Shown here piece by piece: positions 1 to 10,767 of a stretch of 64,000 bases of DNA. The DNA is from Paramoeba atlantica (Eukaryota; Protista; Discosea): positions 62,001 to 126,000 of the forward strand of contig CDRNVI010000036.1 of NCBI GenBank assembly GCA_977017575.1. Direction: 5' to 3'. A program made the translations under genes and the position numbers. Under the pieces are notes generated by a model that was not told the DNA's origin, made no database searches, and was given only the letters and a program-made list of their open reading frames with translations. Position 1 is the stretch's first letter. Every line of letters starts with the position of its first letter.

Positions 1-288
1 GCTTGTTAAGCAGCCTCTTGATAATTGCATCCTTGGCATTGATTTTTTCTCCAACGACTTGAATTGTTCGTCACTTGGATCTGAAATTAATTGTGGAACG
101 GGTGCTTCCTTTTCAGGGGACAAAGAGTCAAGGCTGATATCGTCATCTGCTCCGCGCGATACATCGGAGTTAAGACCCTTTATTTCCCGTACCGCTTCTA
201 AAAGCTTTGCGCCTAACCCAGGCGACAATGGCCCATTTCCTTGCGCTTCGGCACTATTTTTTCGGTGTTCTCTGTGGTAATCTGAGTA
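1..288 (-). other. Open reading frame running off the left edge, no ATG in view (unknown product)
   Basis: The minus-strand frame AYSDYHREH...KKINAKDAIIKRLLNK is stop-free from 288 to the edge. It starts right after TTTCTTTTTAG, which resembles a splice acceptor. Confidence 0.3.
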
Positions 289-395
289 TGCCTAAAAAGA
301 AATAAACTAAAAACAAGTCTCGCTGCTCTTTCAAGGTTGGTCCCATTTTTCGTGAACGGAGGCTTCGCGGCGCCAATTTCTGCGAAGCCTTGAAA

Positions 396-1070
396 TTAAA
401 CACTAAATAGGGGGGGCAAGGTACTAAATAGTAAATAGGGGGGGACGGCACCTGTTATCTCAAATCCGGTAATCTTTGAACCCTTCAGGTATGAAAGATC
501 GACAAAGCCAGTAAACTGATTTACAGAGATGTTCAAAGTTCGCGTGGTGGGCGGCAGGTCATGAAGGTGAAGCTCACCTGTAAACATGTTGTTTTGGAGC
601 CACATGCTTTCAAGTCCAGGAGGAAGCGATGCAAAACTTACGCACCCGCTCAATTGGTTGTCGCTCAAGTCGATGTATGTCACAGAACGTGGTATTGAAC
701 TCCAATGCAATGTACTACACAGTCCCCGACTTTCCCAAGCAATGTGGAAGACTTCGCCCTTGTCATTATACGTCACGCCATCCCACTCACATGCCGCTGT
801 AGCGCTATTCCATGAGTCGTGCACATTTACAACATTACTAATAAACTTTGCGAGTTCACATTCCGGAGGGAGAAACATGCCCCTGACATCACCTGCACGT
901 GTTGTGCTGCTCTTCGGAGCATCTGTGGCTTTGCAAATGGAGTGTGCCAGAAAGCCGCGAATCACATAAAAACAATGCAAAGACGTTGGTTTCGAAAAAG
1001 AGAATTCTTTAAACGCGAAGAAACGTAACGCTAACCAAGCACAGTAAGAAGACAACAGAATCCTACCCAA
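396..1070 (-). pseudogene. LRR-family protein, probably degraded (no proper ATG; 3' end formed by a TE terminus)
   Basis: It has a WDGVTY N-cap and LxxLxLxxNxLxG/LP repeats like the other LRR genes. The ORF begins at TTG, and the last ~18 codons read through the TIR remnant. Confidence 0.65.
401..448. mobile_element. Right terminus of a C(T/C)GT-C7-type TIR element remnant
   Basis: (AC/AG)TAAATAGGGGGGG occurs twice and ends in GACGG. This is the same layout as the right end of the MITE at 61808-62131. No partner end is seen and it is not followed by TA. Confidence 0.4.
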
Positions 1071-1157
1071 GTGGCTGCTTTTTTACGCTTCCAAATCCAA
1101 TTGTCAATTTCGATAAGTATTCCTTTGATAACATTTTGTGGCCGTCAAGAAGAAAGA

Positions 1158-2441
1158 CTACCCCGTCGATATAAATTTAAGGCAAGGGTTTTGCAGCTTC
1201 CAGTACGATTCACAAGGAACCTCAAAGCACATGCGCTGTAACGTTTTCGGATGCAAAAAAGAAAGTTTGGAAGCGTGGAGGAGTTGGTGAGGAATCTCGC
1301 CGTAACAAAGGGGTCTAGGTGAGCCTCCAGTATTTCTTTCATTGGAATGGGACGAATAAAATATTGGTGGCTCCTCCCCTCGTGCAAACTGCCAAAATGT
1401 TTCTTCACTCTGCCCATAAAGTTTATCACCAAGGATGGGAAGGCCGAGAGCTTCCATGTGCACCCGAATTTGGTGAGTTCTACCTGTTTGTGTTGATATT
1501 CTCACTAGAGAAAGCTTTTGCATCGTATCCGTACGAATAATTTGTATCGAAGTGTGAGATTCTTTTGCTTTTGCGTTGTGTGGATAAATACGCCCGTTTG
1601 CTTTAGAATGCATGTATTTATGTGCCGCACAAAATTCTGTACTGCAACACACCATTCGAATTTTGCGAAGCGCTGGAAGATGAGACATGTAATCCTTTCC
1701 GAGTACTTCACATGCCTTGGCAATGCCATGTGAAATACGGTAACTAGGGCATTTGCTTTCGTCGGACAAACGGAACGCATCCGCTTGCACACATTTGCAT
1801 TCGGAGCTCAACGTGTCGGATGGTGGCAGACCGACCAAAACCGCCTGATACTCTTTTTGCATATGATTTATCTGTTTCGATAAGGAACGGGCCGATTCCG
1901 CATTGAGAGCCAGGACTAGGATGCCGGACGTTTCCTTATCGAGTCGATGTACCACAAACGGCCTCCGAGGTGTCATGCCTGTTGTATGCAAGACACCGCA
2001 TAGGGTGTTGTGATAATAGCGGCCGGATTCATCTACAGGAAGATTGGGTGGCTTTAGCACAACTATAACATCGGCGTCCTGATGCAGTACCTGAAAATTG
2101 ATATCTACTTTCGGCTCCGCAGTGGCATCGGATCTTATTTGAATGATATCCCCTGGACGGAGTTCGAAAGTAGAGGGCGATTCGTTCACCGGAGATCCGT
2201 TTACGCAAATAAAAATTGGTTGCCTCCCATCAGACGTTGAGTCGCTTCCTACTGGCATAATGCTGTACGGAATATTAGGAATAGGGACTTCAGAAGAACG
2301 ATATCGTAATTCGGGTAGTGCTAACTCTCTGATCTGCAATGTGATTCGAGCCTCCCATTTCTCTCTAGTCCAGTATGAGAACCGTGAGCTCAAGAAATCG
2401 AGAAGCGTTATTTGTTCATGACAAGTGCAACGACGATCCAT
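1158..2441 (-). CDS. RluA/RluD-family pseudouridine synthase
   Basis: Motifs KPPNLPV, VHRLDKETSG (catalytic Asp), TGRTHQIRVH and HQLLHASKLSFLHP. First ATG is at 2441; the track start at 2471 is GTG. Confidence 0.93.
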   Translation of the reverse strand: MDRRCTCHEQITLLDFLSSRFSYWTREKWEARITLQIRELALPELRYRSSEVPIPNIPYSIMPVGSDSTSDGRQPIFICVNGSPVNESPSTFELRPGDIIQIRSDATAEPKVDINFQVLHQDADVIVVLKPPNLPVDESGRYYHNTLCGVLHTTGMTPRRPFVVHRLDKETSGILVLALNAESARSLSKQINHMQKEYQAVLVGLPPSDTLSSECKCVQADAFRLSDESKCPSYRISHGIAKACEVLGKDYMSHLPALRKIRMVCCSTEFCAAHKYMHSKANGRIYPHNAKAKESHTSIQIIRTDTMQKLSLVRISTQTGRTHQIRVHMEALGLPILGDKLYGQSEETFWQFARGEEPPIFYSSHSNERNTGGSPRPLCYGEIPHQLLHASKLSFLHPKTLQRMCFEVPCESYWKLQNPCLKFISTG

Positions 2442-2718
2442 CTTGATGAGCGTTGGTTTTCGAAATGACACTTCTTATTTCAGTATTGCTCAATCATTGC
2501 AGAACTTCAAATAAGAAATCGAAGACAAGCACTTTCTGTATATCATTGTACTGCATAAAAGCTACTCACACAAGTCAAAAGAATATCCTCCAATATACAA
2601 CTCCAATGTAATTTTGTCGCTAAGGACTCGAAGATTCTTCTTCGATACGAACAAATAATTCAACCCAAGCTGTCACCATCAAAAACACTACTCATGGGTT
2701 GAATACAATAAGCCATAT

Positions 2719-3390
2719 TCAAGCACTTGCATTTGATTGAGGGACCCACACAACACATTGTGGCGTATCACGCCCTTCTAAATTCGTAATCCAGTTTTCA
2801 CGCAGATCTATAATTTGTAGACTGTCGGGTATTTTCGAAGGAAGCACCACTTTCGTAAAAGCATTGTACGACACGTCAAGTTTTTCCAATCCCTGGGAAA
2901 GATCAGAAATATCTACTATCCCAGATAACCTATTGAGAGACAGATCGATTTTTCGAATGGAAGCAGGAAGCGCGGTAAATTGCACTGTTCCATGATACTT
3001 ATTTTCCGCTACCCAAAACGTACGAATCTTTTGAGGGAGTTCTTGAAGTGCGATATTCCCAGAAAGTTCATTCTGGCACAAGTTCAGTAAAGTCACGCCT
3101 CTGGGCAGGTATTGCCACGTCATATTTCCTCGAAGCTTAAATCGTTTCCATCGTATGATACTCACGTGCTGGTGCTGATCGCATAAAACTCCTCGCCATG
3201 TGTTCGCTGGGGTGTCGGGCTGCCACGTTCCGTGGGGATTTTCAATGAATTGTGTAAGTAGCGTCAACGAAGCTTCTTCAGATAGAAGAGCTGCAGAGGC
3301 TTTGCCTGTGCGCGAACGCACGCTTCTGCTATCCGCTAAATTCAGTTGAAGAATCACAAAGTAGCCTAGAACACTACCCAGTAACATCAT
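2719..3390 (-). CDS. Secreted-type leucine-rich repeat protein (lineage-expanded family)
   Basis: Hydrophobic N-terminus, WRGVLC cap, and repeated LPxxLxxLxLxxNxLxG units. Confidence 0.85.
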   Translation of the reverse strand: MMLLGSVLGYFVILQLNLADSRSVRSRTGKASAALLSEEASLTLLTQFIENPHGTWQPDTPANTWRGVLCDQHQHVSIIRWKRFKLRGNMTWQYLPRGVTLLNLCQNELSGNIALQELPQKIRTFWVAENKYHGTVQFTALPASIRKIDLSLNRLSGIVDISDLSQGLEKLDVSYNAFTKVVLPSKIPDSLQIIDLRENWITNLEGRDTPQCVVWVPQSNASA

Positions 3391-3807
3391 CTCAAGGAGA
3401 TTTTATGCAAGAAAAAGTGTAAGTACTGGACTAGAGTACTGGAACTTACAAGTAAAAACACGACAACGGGTGTGATGGTGAATTTGTGAGCCCACAAACC
3501 CTTTACAGTGTAAAGCTAGGAAAACAGAAAAGTTTCTTCTCTTAACATACCTTATGGGCTAAAACTACTATCTCAAGTATCACTTCAGATAAATCTGCAG
3601 CTAAAAATGAATATTCATACTCACTTTGAACATTCTTCCTTATTGGAACATTCAAAATCACATTGCTGCGCCCAACAATGTCCGGATCGAACTTCACTTC
3701 ACAGCTTATCAAGGGTGACACCATCTGAGGCTCATTCTACACCTAGGTCGTACCTAACGCACGCTTTTCCCACGCACTCTCCCTCCTCACCCCCCTCCTC
3801 CCCGCCC

Positions 3808-5634
3808 TCACCCCTCCTGCCGGAACGAGTGCTTACACCCCAGACACGTCAGAAACACCGTCGCGGGCTCATCCCCCGACCGCAGCTGTTGTTCGTAAAA
3901 CGAACACTCCCCGTGGCCGCACACCTCACACGGGAACAGGTCCGTGACCTGCCCCGCGGTCACCCGGGACACGCTCCCCGCGGAGGACTGCCCCAGCAGC
4001 GCGGCGTACGCGGCGCGCTGCTCCGGGCTCTCCAGCTCCTCCTTCGTCATGCGAACGAACCGGTCCGGGGGGAGGGCCCCGGAGGCGAGCCCGCCGCGGA
4101 GGGAGGGGTTGGCGCGCAGGGCGTGGAGCAGGTTGTGGAAGACGGGGTGGGGGTGGGCGGGGTGGGCGCCCCAGAGCGCGGCCTCCACGGCGTGCGCGAC
4201 CGCGGGCGGGAGGTGCTGGGTGAAGGAGGAGGCCATGGCCTCGTGGAAGGTCTTGGCAGGGGGGGAGGGGGTGGGGGTCTCGTCGTGGGGGTGGGGGTCA
4301 GGGTCATCATGGTGGTCGTTGTCGGCGTTACGTAGGGAGGAACGGATTTCCGGGGGTAGACAGCCTACCCAGTGAAGGAGGAGAGCACGGGCTAAGGCCC
4401 GGAGGGGGGAGCAGTGGGGGTGGTGTAGAATGTGGGTTATGGTGACCCCGATGCGGGATTGTCTTAAATTTTCAAGGTTGAACTCGAGGGAGGTAAGTTC
4501 GAGGAGTTCGTGGCGTAGTTTGGGAATGGAAAGAGGCTCTGTGTGGAGAATATCTAAAATACGTTGTTGAATAACGTGGATGGTGGCAGTGGGTGCAGCA
4601 GTCGAGGTGTGAATAATGGGCGTCCGGTGTGACGTTTTGTTGGAAAGAATGGGATGTGAACGTGTGTTATGTTCTTTGTGTGGAGGTTTCTCCTGGTCAT
4701 ATTCAATTGTAGATTTTCGTTTACTATGGTCCTGGATATTGTCCGCGGAAAGGGATACTGAAGAAAGATCTCCACCCTTTTCCACACTCCGTTTTTTATG
4801 TTTGTGTCGACTTGCTTTCCGAGAAGAATCAATCTCGTCAGTTATTCCGTCCTTGAGTTCCTTACTGCGATGTTTACTGCGTTTTCTTCGTCTTTTCTCT
4901 TTTCTTCGGTGTCTTTCTCTGTCACGGTGCTTCCTATCCCTGGAGTCTATGTTATCCCCAGTTAGAATCGTGGGATCTGGAGCCTCGACTTCAGCGGTGT
5001 ATACTGATTCCGCTTCAGAAGCAATGCCTGTAATATTGTGATCTGGTTCAATTAGAGTGTCCTTGTAAGGATTCCTTTGTACGGATGAGCCATCTTCGTT
5101 TTCCTGTAACTCGGAATCCATTACGGTGGAGATTGTTTTGTTCTCTACATATGAGGATTGACCAATCAAGTCAGTTTCATTGTCTGAGTCCTCCAGTGTG
5201 TACGCTCTTCTGGGTTTTTGGAGCGTTGCCTCCCCAGTAGAGATTCCGCTGACTTCAACGGAATTTCTATTTGTAGAAGTGCTTTGGTCTGTGGAATTTC
5301 CTGTGGAATTGAGCAGCGCATCTGCGTCCTCAGAAGTTCCCGTCTTTTGGTTTGTGTCTGAAAATTGTAACGCTTCAGCGATTGCTTTCTGCAAGTTGGA
5401 GTCCTCAATGCACATTCTTTCTTTGTCATTTGAGTCAAACGGAATGACATCCTGAGGAGGAACAGTACAGAACTCCTGTGTGCCAAAGCATGCCACTCCC
5501 ACCCAACCTTCCTCGGTTTGAATCGTATGGCCTTCTTCCAATTCTGATGCGTAGGCTTCAGGGTCTACGGTGAGTGCTGGCCACCAGGGGAAATTATCAA
5601 CCTTCATCCAAACTTTCTTCCCCAAAGCACTCAT
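3808..5634 (-). CDS. PWWP-domain TFIIS-like elongation factor (kinetoplastid TFIIS2 type)
   Basis: N-terminal FPWWPA and C-terminal zinc ribbon CEVC...QLRSGDEPATVFLTCLGC. A TFIIS N-terminal-like helical region lies between them. ATG at 5634. Confidence 0.88.
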   Translation of the reverse strand: MSALGKKVWMKVDNFPWWPALTVDPEAYASELEEGHTIQTEEGWVGVACFGTQEFCTVPPQDVIPFDSNDKERMCIEDSNLQKAIAEALQFSDTNQKTGTSEDADALLNSTGNSTDQSTSTNRNSVEVSGISTGEATLQKPRRAYTLEDSDNETDLIGQSSYVENKTISTVMDSELQENEDGSSVQRNPYKDTLIEPDHNITGIASEAESVYTAEVEAPDPTILTGDNIDSRDRKHRDRERHRRKEKRRRKRSKHRSKELKDGITDEIDSSRKASRHKHKKRSVEKGGDLSSVSLSADNIQDHSKRKSTIEYDQEKPPHKEHNTRSHPILSNKTSHRTPIIHTSTAAPTATIHVIQQRILDILHTEPLSIPKLRHELLELTSLEFNLENLRQSRIGVTITHILHHPHCSPLRALARALLLHWVGCLPPEIRSSLRNADNDHHDDPDPHPHDETPTPSPPAKTFHEAMASSFTQHLPPAVAHAVEAALWGAHPAHPHPVFHNLLHALRANPSLRGGLASGALPPDRFVRMTKEELESPEQRAAYAALLGQSSAGSVSRVTAGQVTDLFPCEVCGHGECSFYEQQLRSGDEPATVFLTCLGCKHSFRQEG

Positions 5635-6095
5635 TAACAATACGCAATAATGGGGACAACCAGGAAAGTAACACCTAAGTAACACCTGTCTATTGATACT
5701 TCCCGAGTCTACTGTATAAAACTACTGCTTCCGATAGATAATAGATCGAATACTTTGTTTTTCGAGTACCCGTTTTGACTATAAAATATAAATTATTCGT
5801 AAGAAAGCAAATAGGGTAATATGGAGTCAAAAATTTGGCCCAAGTTTAATTTTTTTTCAATTATTGTTCAAGTGCTTCAAAACGGTTCGAAGTGCCACCG
5901 AAATTTCCAGAACTTGGCGTTTCTCTTCAGGAGTTCTAACTTGGTGTGGACGAGGCCGAAACCATCGGTAAATTGTCCTATTTACATGGCTTTTGTGGAT
6001 CCATGGGGCCGTACCCACGTAACAGCTGTAATAATCACTGCACTCAAATCTTATTGCCGCTTATTTAGAAAATCTTATCAAAAACGTTTGGAATA

Positions 6096-6641
6096 CAGGG
6101 GGGTGCAACTAAATCTGGGGGGGGTCTAAAATTTGTAAAACATGGCCATTTTTAGAAAATAATAGCGCATTCGGAAGCTCTCTCGAATCCCTTTGGTGGA
6201 AAATACGTCGTTTCCTTCCGTTTTGAGCCTTACTTATTTTACAGGGAAAATACGAAAAAAGAACTTGAAAGGGGCATTTTTTGCATTATTTTTGTATTTT
6301 TAGCATGTTGTTTTACATTTTTCCAGTATCCGTCAATGAAAGATGAGTGCATTCACCAAGAAGGTTCTTAAAAGGCTCTTTGCCATTCATTAGGCAGATC
6401 AAAACCAATGGTAGAGTGCTTCGTCTGAAAAGTTACGCCAAAATGGGGTCTTGTTCTGAGGTAAGCTTTCCAAAAAAGCTTGCCATTGACTTTTTCGACC
6501 TTATCCCCGTTATGCAAGGTGTGGAAAACGACGCACTTTCCACCAGAGGGATTCGCGAGAGCCCTTGAATGCGCTATTATTTTCTAAAAGTGGCTAACAT
6601 TTACAAATTTTAGACCCCCCCAGATTGAGCTTCACCCCCTG
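6096..6641. mobile_element. MITE, Tc1/mariner-type (CAGGGG termini), 546 bp
   Basis: Imperfect TIRs of ~120 bp (CAGGGGGGTGCAACTAAATCTGGGG... and ...CCCCAGATTGAGCTTCACCCCCTG), with TA on both sides (6094-95, 6642-43). Confidence 0.9.
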
Positions 6642-6644
6642 TAT

Positions 6645-7283
6645 GTGTTAATTCATCAGTGATGTTGGTTTTACAATCAATGCACTGTATTCTGTAATAC
6701 CCGATGGAAGCTAATCTCCGCTGGGGCCTCAGTTCCCACTCGAACCTTAAGTTCCCCATTTGAAAAGAATACGTACAAACTGTGCGCCACGTTATCACAG
6801 GCTCTGCAGTAGGGGCGGTATACCTTCCGTCATAACCTCATCCTGCACACCCTTGCAGACAGTGCACACCTGAGCACGACAATCCCCCGAAACCGCAGTG
6901 TCACTTTGACCTCCCTCACTATCAGAATTCGCCAACCTGGCTGAGCGGGCAAGAAACGTCCCTCCGACCTGATGGATGGATCAAACTTAAGAACGGTTCT
7001 GAGCTCATACTTGAACTGTCATCTCCGTGGGAGGAAAACTTCATCTCCTCACACGAACAGAAGATGCAGAAGCATGGACATACAAAGGAAAATGTCGAAT
7101 CCAGCCACATTTCTCCTGGGCTTTGAAGTAGGCGCCAGGGGAAAGCTCAACAGCTCAACTCGAGCACTGAACTACCTGTTTGGTGGAAACAAGGCCACCG
7201 CCTCGCGACGTCGGCAGCATATGGTAAGAAGAGCCCTTAGTGGGAGTTTTAAATTTTTTGATATTCGCAACAGTGAGCAGTGA
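6645..7283 (+). pseudogene. 3' part of an RLE-type non-LTR retrotransposon (Hero/NeSL-like), degraded
   Basis: Across frames: INALYSVIP, NLRWG, a decayed CCHC region, RYTFRHNLIL, LRPDGW..ILELSSPWEEN..HEQK (PD-(D/E)xK nuclease) and FEVGARG. Confidence 0.8.
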
Positions 7284-7399
7284 AGTAAGGGAGTGTGCTC
7301 TTGAATTTTTTTAAAAACCTAAGAGAAACTGGTTTTGTGCGAGGATTGCGTGCTAATCATGCATCTTCTGGGTAGCAATCTCTGCAGTTAAACTGCATG

Positions 7400-7530
7400 A
7401 ATATCATATCCAACAGAGGTTAATCAATCCGTAAACGTATCTACTCGTATTTGAGGTAGGAGCACGGGGAAAGCTCAATACATCGACCCGGGCGATTGAC
7501 TCTTTACTTGCGGAAGATAAAAAGTGCGCA
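7400..7530 (+). pseudogene. Second RLE C-terminal fragment of a related family
   Basis: FEVGARGKLNTSTRAIDSLL versus FEVGARGKLNSSTRALNYLF at ~7120-7190. Confidence 0.65.
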
Positions 7531-7759
7531 TCAGATTGCAGAGAAAAACTTGTAAACCACATACACGTATAAGTAATAACCACATACCCGTAATAAGTAC
7601 AAAATTATTATCCGAGGCATCGTCGTGCTATCTTGATAAAATTTCTTTTGAGCGAAGTTCGGATCTCTGTGACCATGCAACGTACACGGATAAAGTTAAG
7701 CATTTTAGTACAAAGGTTTTACCGAGCTTATACGCGATGACAACCCTTCAGTAAATATG

Positions 7760-7991
7760 TATGGTTTTTAAATATCTATGAAAGTATGCGACCTCCCGTT
7801 TCATCAGAAATTCTTTTGCTGGCACGCCCCAAAGCTCTTCATTAAACTCACGCACTTAACGCTAGACTTGCGGACGAATTATGGAAAATATTGTGCTCTG
7901 ACATCGACAGGTATTCCTATGTTGGATTGGTCGTAGACACGGGTATTGACCGTGTAAAAGCTGAACACATAATTATTATAGTACTTTACGT
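7760..7991 (+). pseudogene. hAT-like transposase fragment related to the element at 15024-18441
   Basis: LADELWKILCSDIDRYSYVGLVVDTGIDRVKAEHIIIIVLYV aligns with LAERLWGPIRRTVDEYAFFGLAIDAGIDPVLREHVLVAVLYV at ~16130-16255. Confidence 0.8.
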
Positions 7992-8085
7992 CATACGTAG
8001 TGGTTCACTGAACCACCTGGTGGTTCAGTGGTTCATCGGGTTCATTGAACCCATTTTTGAACCCACTGAACCCATTTCGAAAGTG
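7992..8085 (+). mobile_element. Left end of a second CATAC-terminus element
   Basis: CATACGTAGTGGTTCACTGAACC followed by GGTTCA/TGAACC subterminal repeats, matching the 15024 end CATACCTTGGTGGTTCATGAACC. No right end found. Confidence 0.7.
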
Positions 8086-8299
8086 GACAAGTTTTCGAAA
8101 GTCTGATATATCTGTCTGTCTGACGTCCGCCATACAGACTTCAACAAAGTTTTCTTTGATCCAGTGGAGCCGGAGCAAAGTCCTCCGCTCTTCCTCTTCG
8201 AAGTTCGGCGGGGGGTCACAAGAGCGACATCCAGAGTTGTCTGACTTCATAAACGTCTCAACTGCGCGTGGTAAACAGTCGGTAGTTACCTGGTTAAGA

Positions 8300-8580
8300 G
8301 ACTGAGAAGGCGTGGGTAAATACAGCTTGCAACACTCATGGAGACATTCACAACAGAAAAGCCCTTCCCCTTCCTCCTACGGTACTGTTCAAATCCAGTG
8401 CAGAAGATGAAGTCCCGCATACTGCGAGACGCTCGACATCATGTTACTCGGACGCTCGACAACGCTTTGACGGTGTACGTCACTTCTACTGGTTGGATGA
8501 ACCGTCAAGTATTTGAAGAGATCATGCACGATCAAGCTTCCATACTTGGAGGTTCGCAACCTGCGACAGCTCTTGTGGTG
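8300..8580 (+). pseudogene. pogo/Tigger-like DDE_1 transposase fragment
   Basis: VYVTSTGWMNRQVFEEIM...ATALVVD resembles the GWM..F..W/..LL.LD segment of pogo-type DDE_1 domains. Confidence 0.55.
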
Positions 8581-10360
8581 GACCCTTCTTTCTATTAAGA
8601 TCCTTCTTTTTATTAAAGCAGTTACTGCGGAATGTCCGGACATGAGCACTCGGCAAATGCCTTAAAAAGATCGAAGGCCTCCGGTTCAATTGGGTTTGAT
8701 GCAATCTTGCAGAAATTGAATTGCGCCAGGTTGGGTCGGAGCAACTTGTTCATTCCTCCTCATGAGGAATCGGATGATCGAGTTGCTACCAAACTTCGCC
8801 AGAAAGTATTGGACTCGATGGCTGATTTGTGTCGGCTAAACTCACGCATTACAGTTGTTTGGACAATGAGTTATGACAAACCTTTGTTTCTATGGAGGGG
8901 CACTGTTGTGAAGCACAAACGGGGTGGCGGATGGTGGGTATGTTACGATCATACCCCCGGGATGCAATTTCCGTTTTCCCCCAAAGATCCGAGGGTGGGG
9001 AAATTGAACGAGAATTCGCTTTCCAAAAATTTGGTAATAAATATTGAGAAAAGCGGGGGAAATTATCCATGTACTTTTTAGAAAAGATTTTACATTTTTC
9101 TGAATTCTTTACATGGTGTGTCAGGGGTGTCGTGCATTCACGTGCCGTCGGAAGCTAACTATTAGTAAGGTAGTAAAGTGGTCAGAGGCTCAATGTCGAC
9201 ACTGGTTAAAATGCCACGATCTTGTTGCAAGGAAGGTGATATGCAACAAGCGCGGTCACTCCTCTCCATTGGAAATGCGATTGAGCGACGAGAAGTGGCG
9301 GTGTACCAAAAAGTGCAAAGGGGTGTATGACATTCTTGGGCCCCTGGTTCCAGGGAATGCAAAACGCACTGCAAAGCAAGTGCTGAAATTCATTATTCTG
9401 TACTCCCGTGGCGAGCCACATGCGGTATCAGCGGAGGAGACGGGCTTAAGTGTGACGACCATGGTCTGCGCCAAGCGTTGGATTCTATGATCGGGACGAT
9501 ACACGTACTTCGAATAATTCGTCGCCATGGAACATGGACCTCCATGCAGTGCGATGAAACGTTCTCAACGAGGAAGCGGGGAGGCAACAATCGTACTCGA
9601 CATGTCAGACGTGAAGGGCCGCAAGTCGCTCAAACTATAGTTGAAACGACAAGACAAAATAAAATCTCTGAAATATTTATGGACGTTGTCCCCGATCGAA
9701 GCACATCGTCACTTATTTCAAACATCGCTCTGGCTGCGGAATCGACAACTAGGATCTGGACTGATTCCGCTCGTCATAATCTGCAACTGCAAGGTAGATA
9801 CAAGTGGGAAAAGGTGGTTCACCGACGCGAGTTGGTAACCCAAGAAGGCGTTCATACAAACACAATTGAGTCGGCTAATTCACTTGTTAAGAAGACGCTC
9901 AAGCGTGAAGGGGGTGTACTCGGTCGGGGGGATGAAAAGCGCTGCAGCCGGGTACGAGCTTTAGCTGAGAAAAGCAATGGAAAGTTGAAGATAAATGGTA
10001 ACGACGCTTTACTTCGTATGCTGAAAAATCTTCGGTATTTCTGTGAAGTTATTGATATTTAATACATACAATGTATATTAGGTATACAAAGAGGTGTGAG
10101 AGAGAAAGTCGGAAAAGCACGTGTAAAGAGAGGTGTGGCAAAATAATTGTACGAAGGACCTTTTTCCCTGCATAAATAGACGAAATTATTGAAAAATAGA
10201 AAAAAAGCGAATTCTCATTCAATTTACCCCCGAGGGTAGTTGTCTGTGCAAGCAGAATCAGAGTCCCCAGGAAAAAACAGTCGATGAAGAAGCGTCGGTA
10301 TTACGTTCGGAGAGATGTTGAGCGTGGCAACCTCAACCAAGAGATACCCAATGATTCAAA
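8581..10360 (+). pseudogene. 5' end of an APE-type LINE ORF, split by the Merlin insertion (8581-8996 + 10238-10360)
   Basis: Removing Merlin plus one TSD restores QFPFSPKDPRVVVCASRIRVP, which is homologous to TLPFPPYPSTGVVLCAVQVSNP of the ORF at 13937. Two 18-bp repeats precede the ATG at 8632. Confidence 0.7.
8997..10229 (+). mobile_element. Complete Merlin (IS1595-like) DNA transposon, 1233 bp; transposase 9113-10062 with one frameshift
   Basis: TIRs GGGGAAATTGAACGAGAATTCGCTTT and rc GGGTAAATTGAATGAGAATTCGCTTT. 8-bp TSD CCGAGGGT (8989-96, 10230-37). Motifs QCDETF, IWTD and VHTNTIES. Frameshift near 9465. Confidence 0.92.
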
Positions 10361-10767
10361 CTTTGTTGGATCCTTGGTAGGATCCACTATCGGCCGCCAA
10401 GATAAACATTGAAATAAGAAAACAAAACAATAAAATATGCAGTAAGGATATTTTCTCGCATATTTAACACCTTTTATAGTCGTACTACGAGAATTATAAG
10501 GGAAAAAATTTCGGCCTAAAAAATATTTCAAGTTATAATTCTGACATGACAAAAATAAGCAGTCATCTAAGTGATATTTTTTTATAATGCGTATTTCATT
10601 TCCTTGACAAAAAATTGGAATAAAAAGTTTGGCTTCTTTCAGAAATAACTTTTCAATGTCTCTTGATTCTACAACTATCACGAAACTAATCTTCCAAATA
10701 ATAACGTGCTTCTTCGCCCATATTACGTGTCCCGATAAATACCACTAACACAAGACACGAAAAAGAC

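Noticed and set aside
3808-5634. PWWP-TFIIS fusion as a novel architecture
   Set aside because: PWWP-containing TFIIS proteins are already known from trypanosomes.
9440-9490. Overlapping Merlin ORFs as a programmed frameshift
   Set aside because: There is no slippery heptamer, and the paralogue at 13519-13600 reads through this segment in one frame.
10301-10681. 126-aa ORF repeated at 19787 and 33570
   Set aside because: AT-rich, no motifs, overlaps the LRR start and EF-1alpha 3' flank; it is repeated only because of the segmental duplication.
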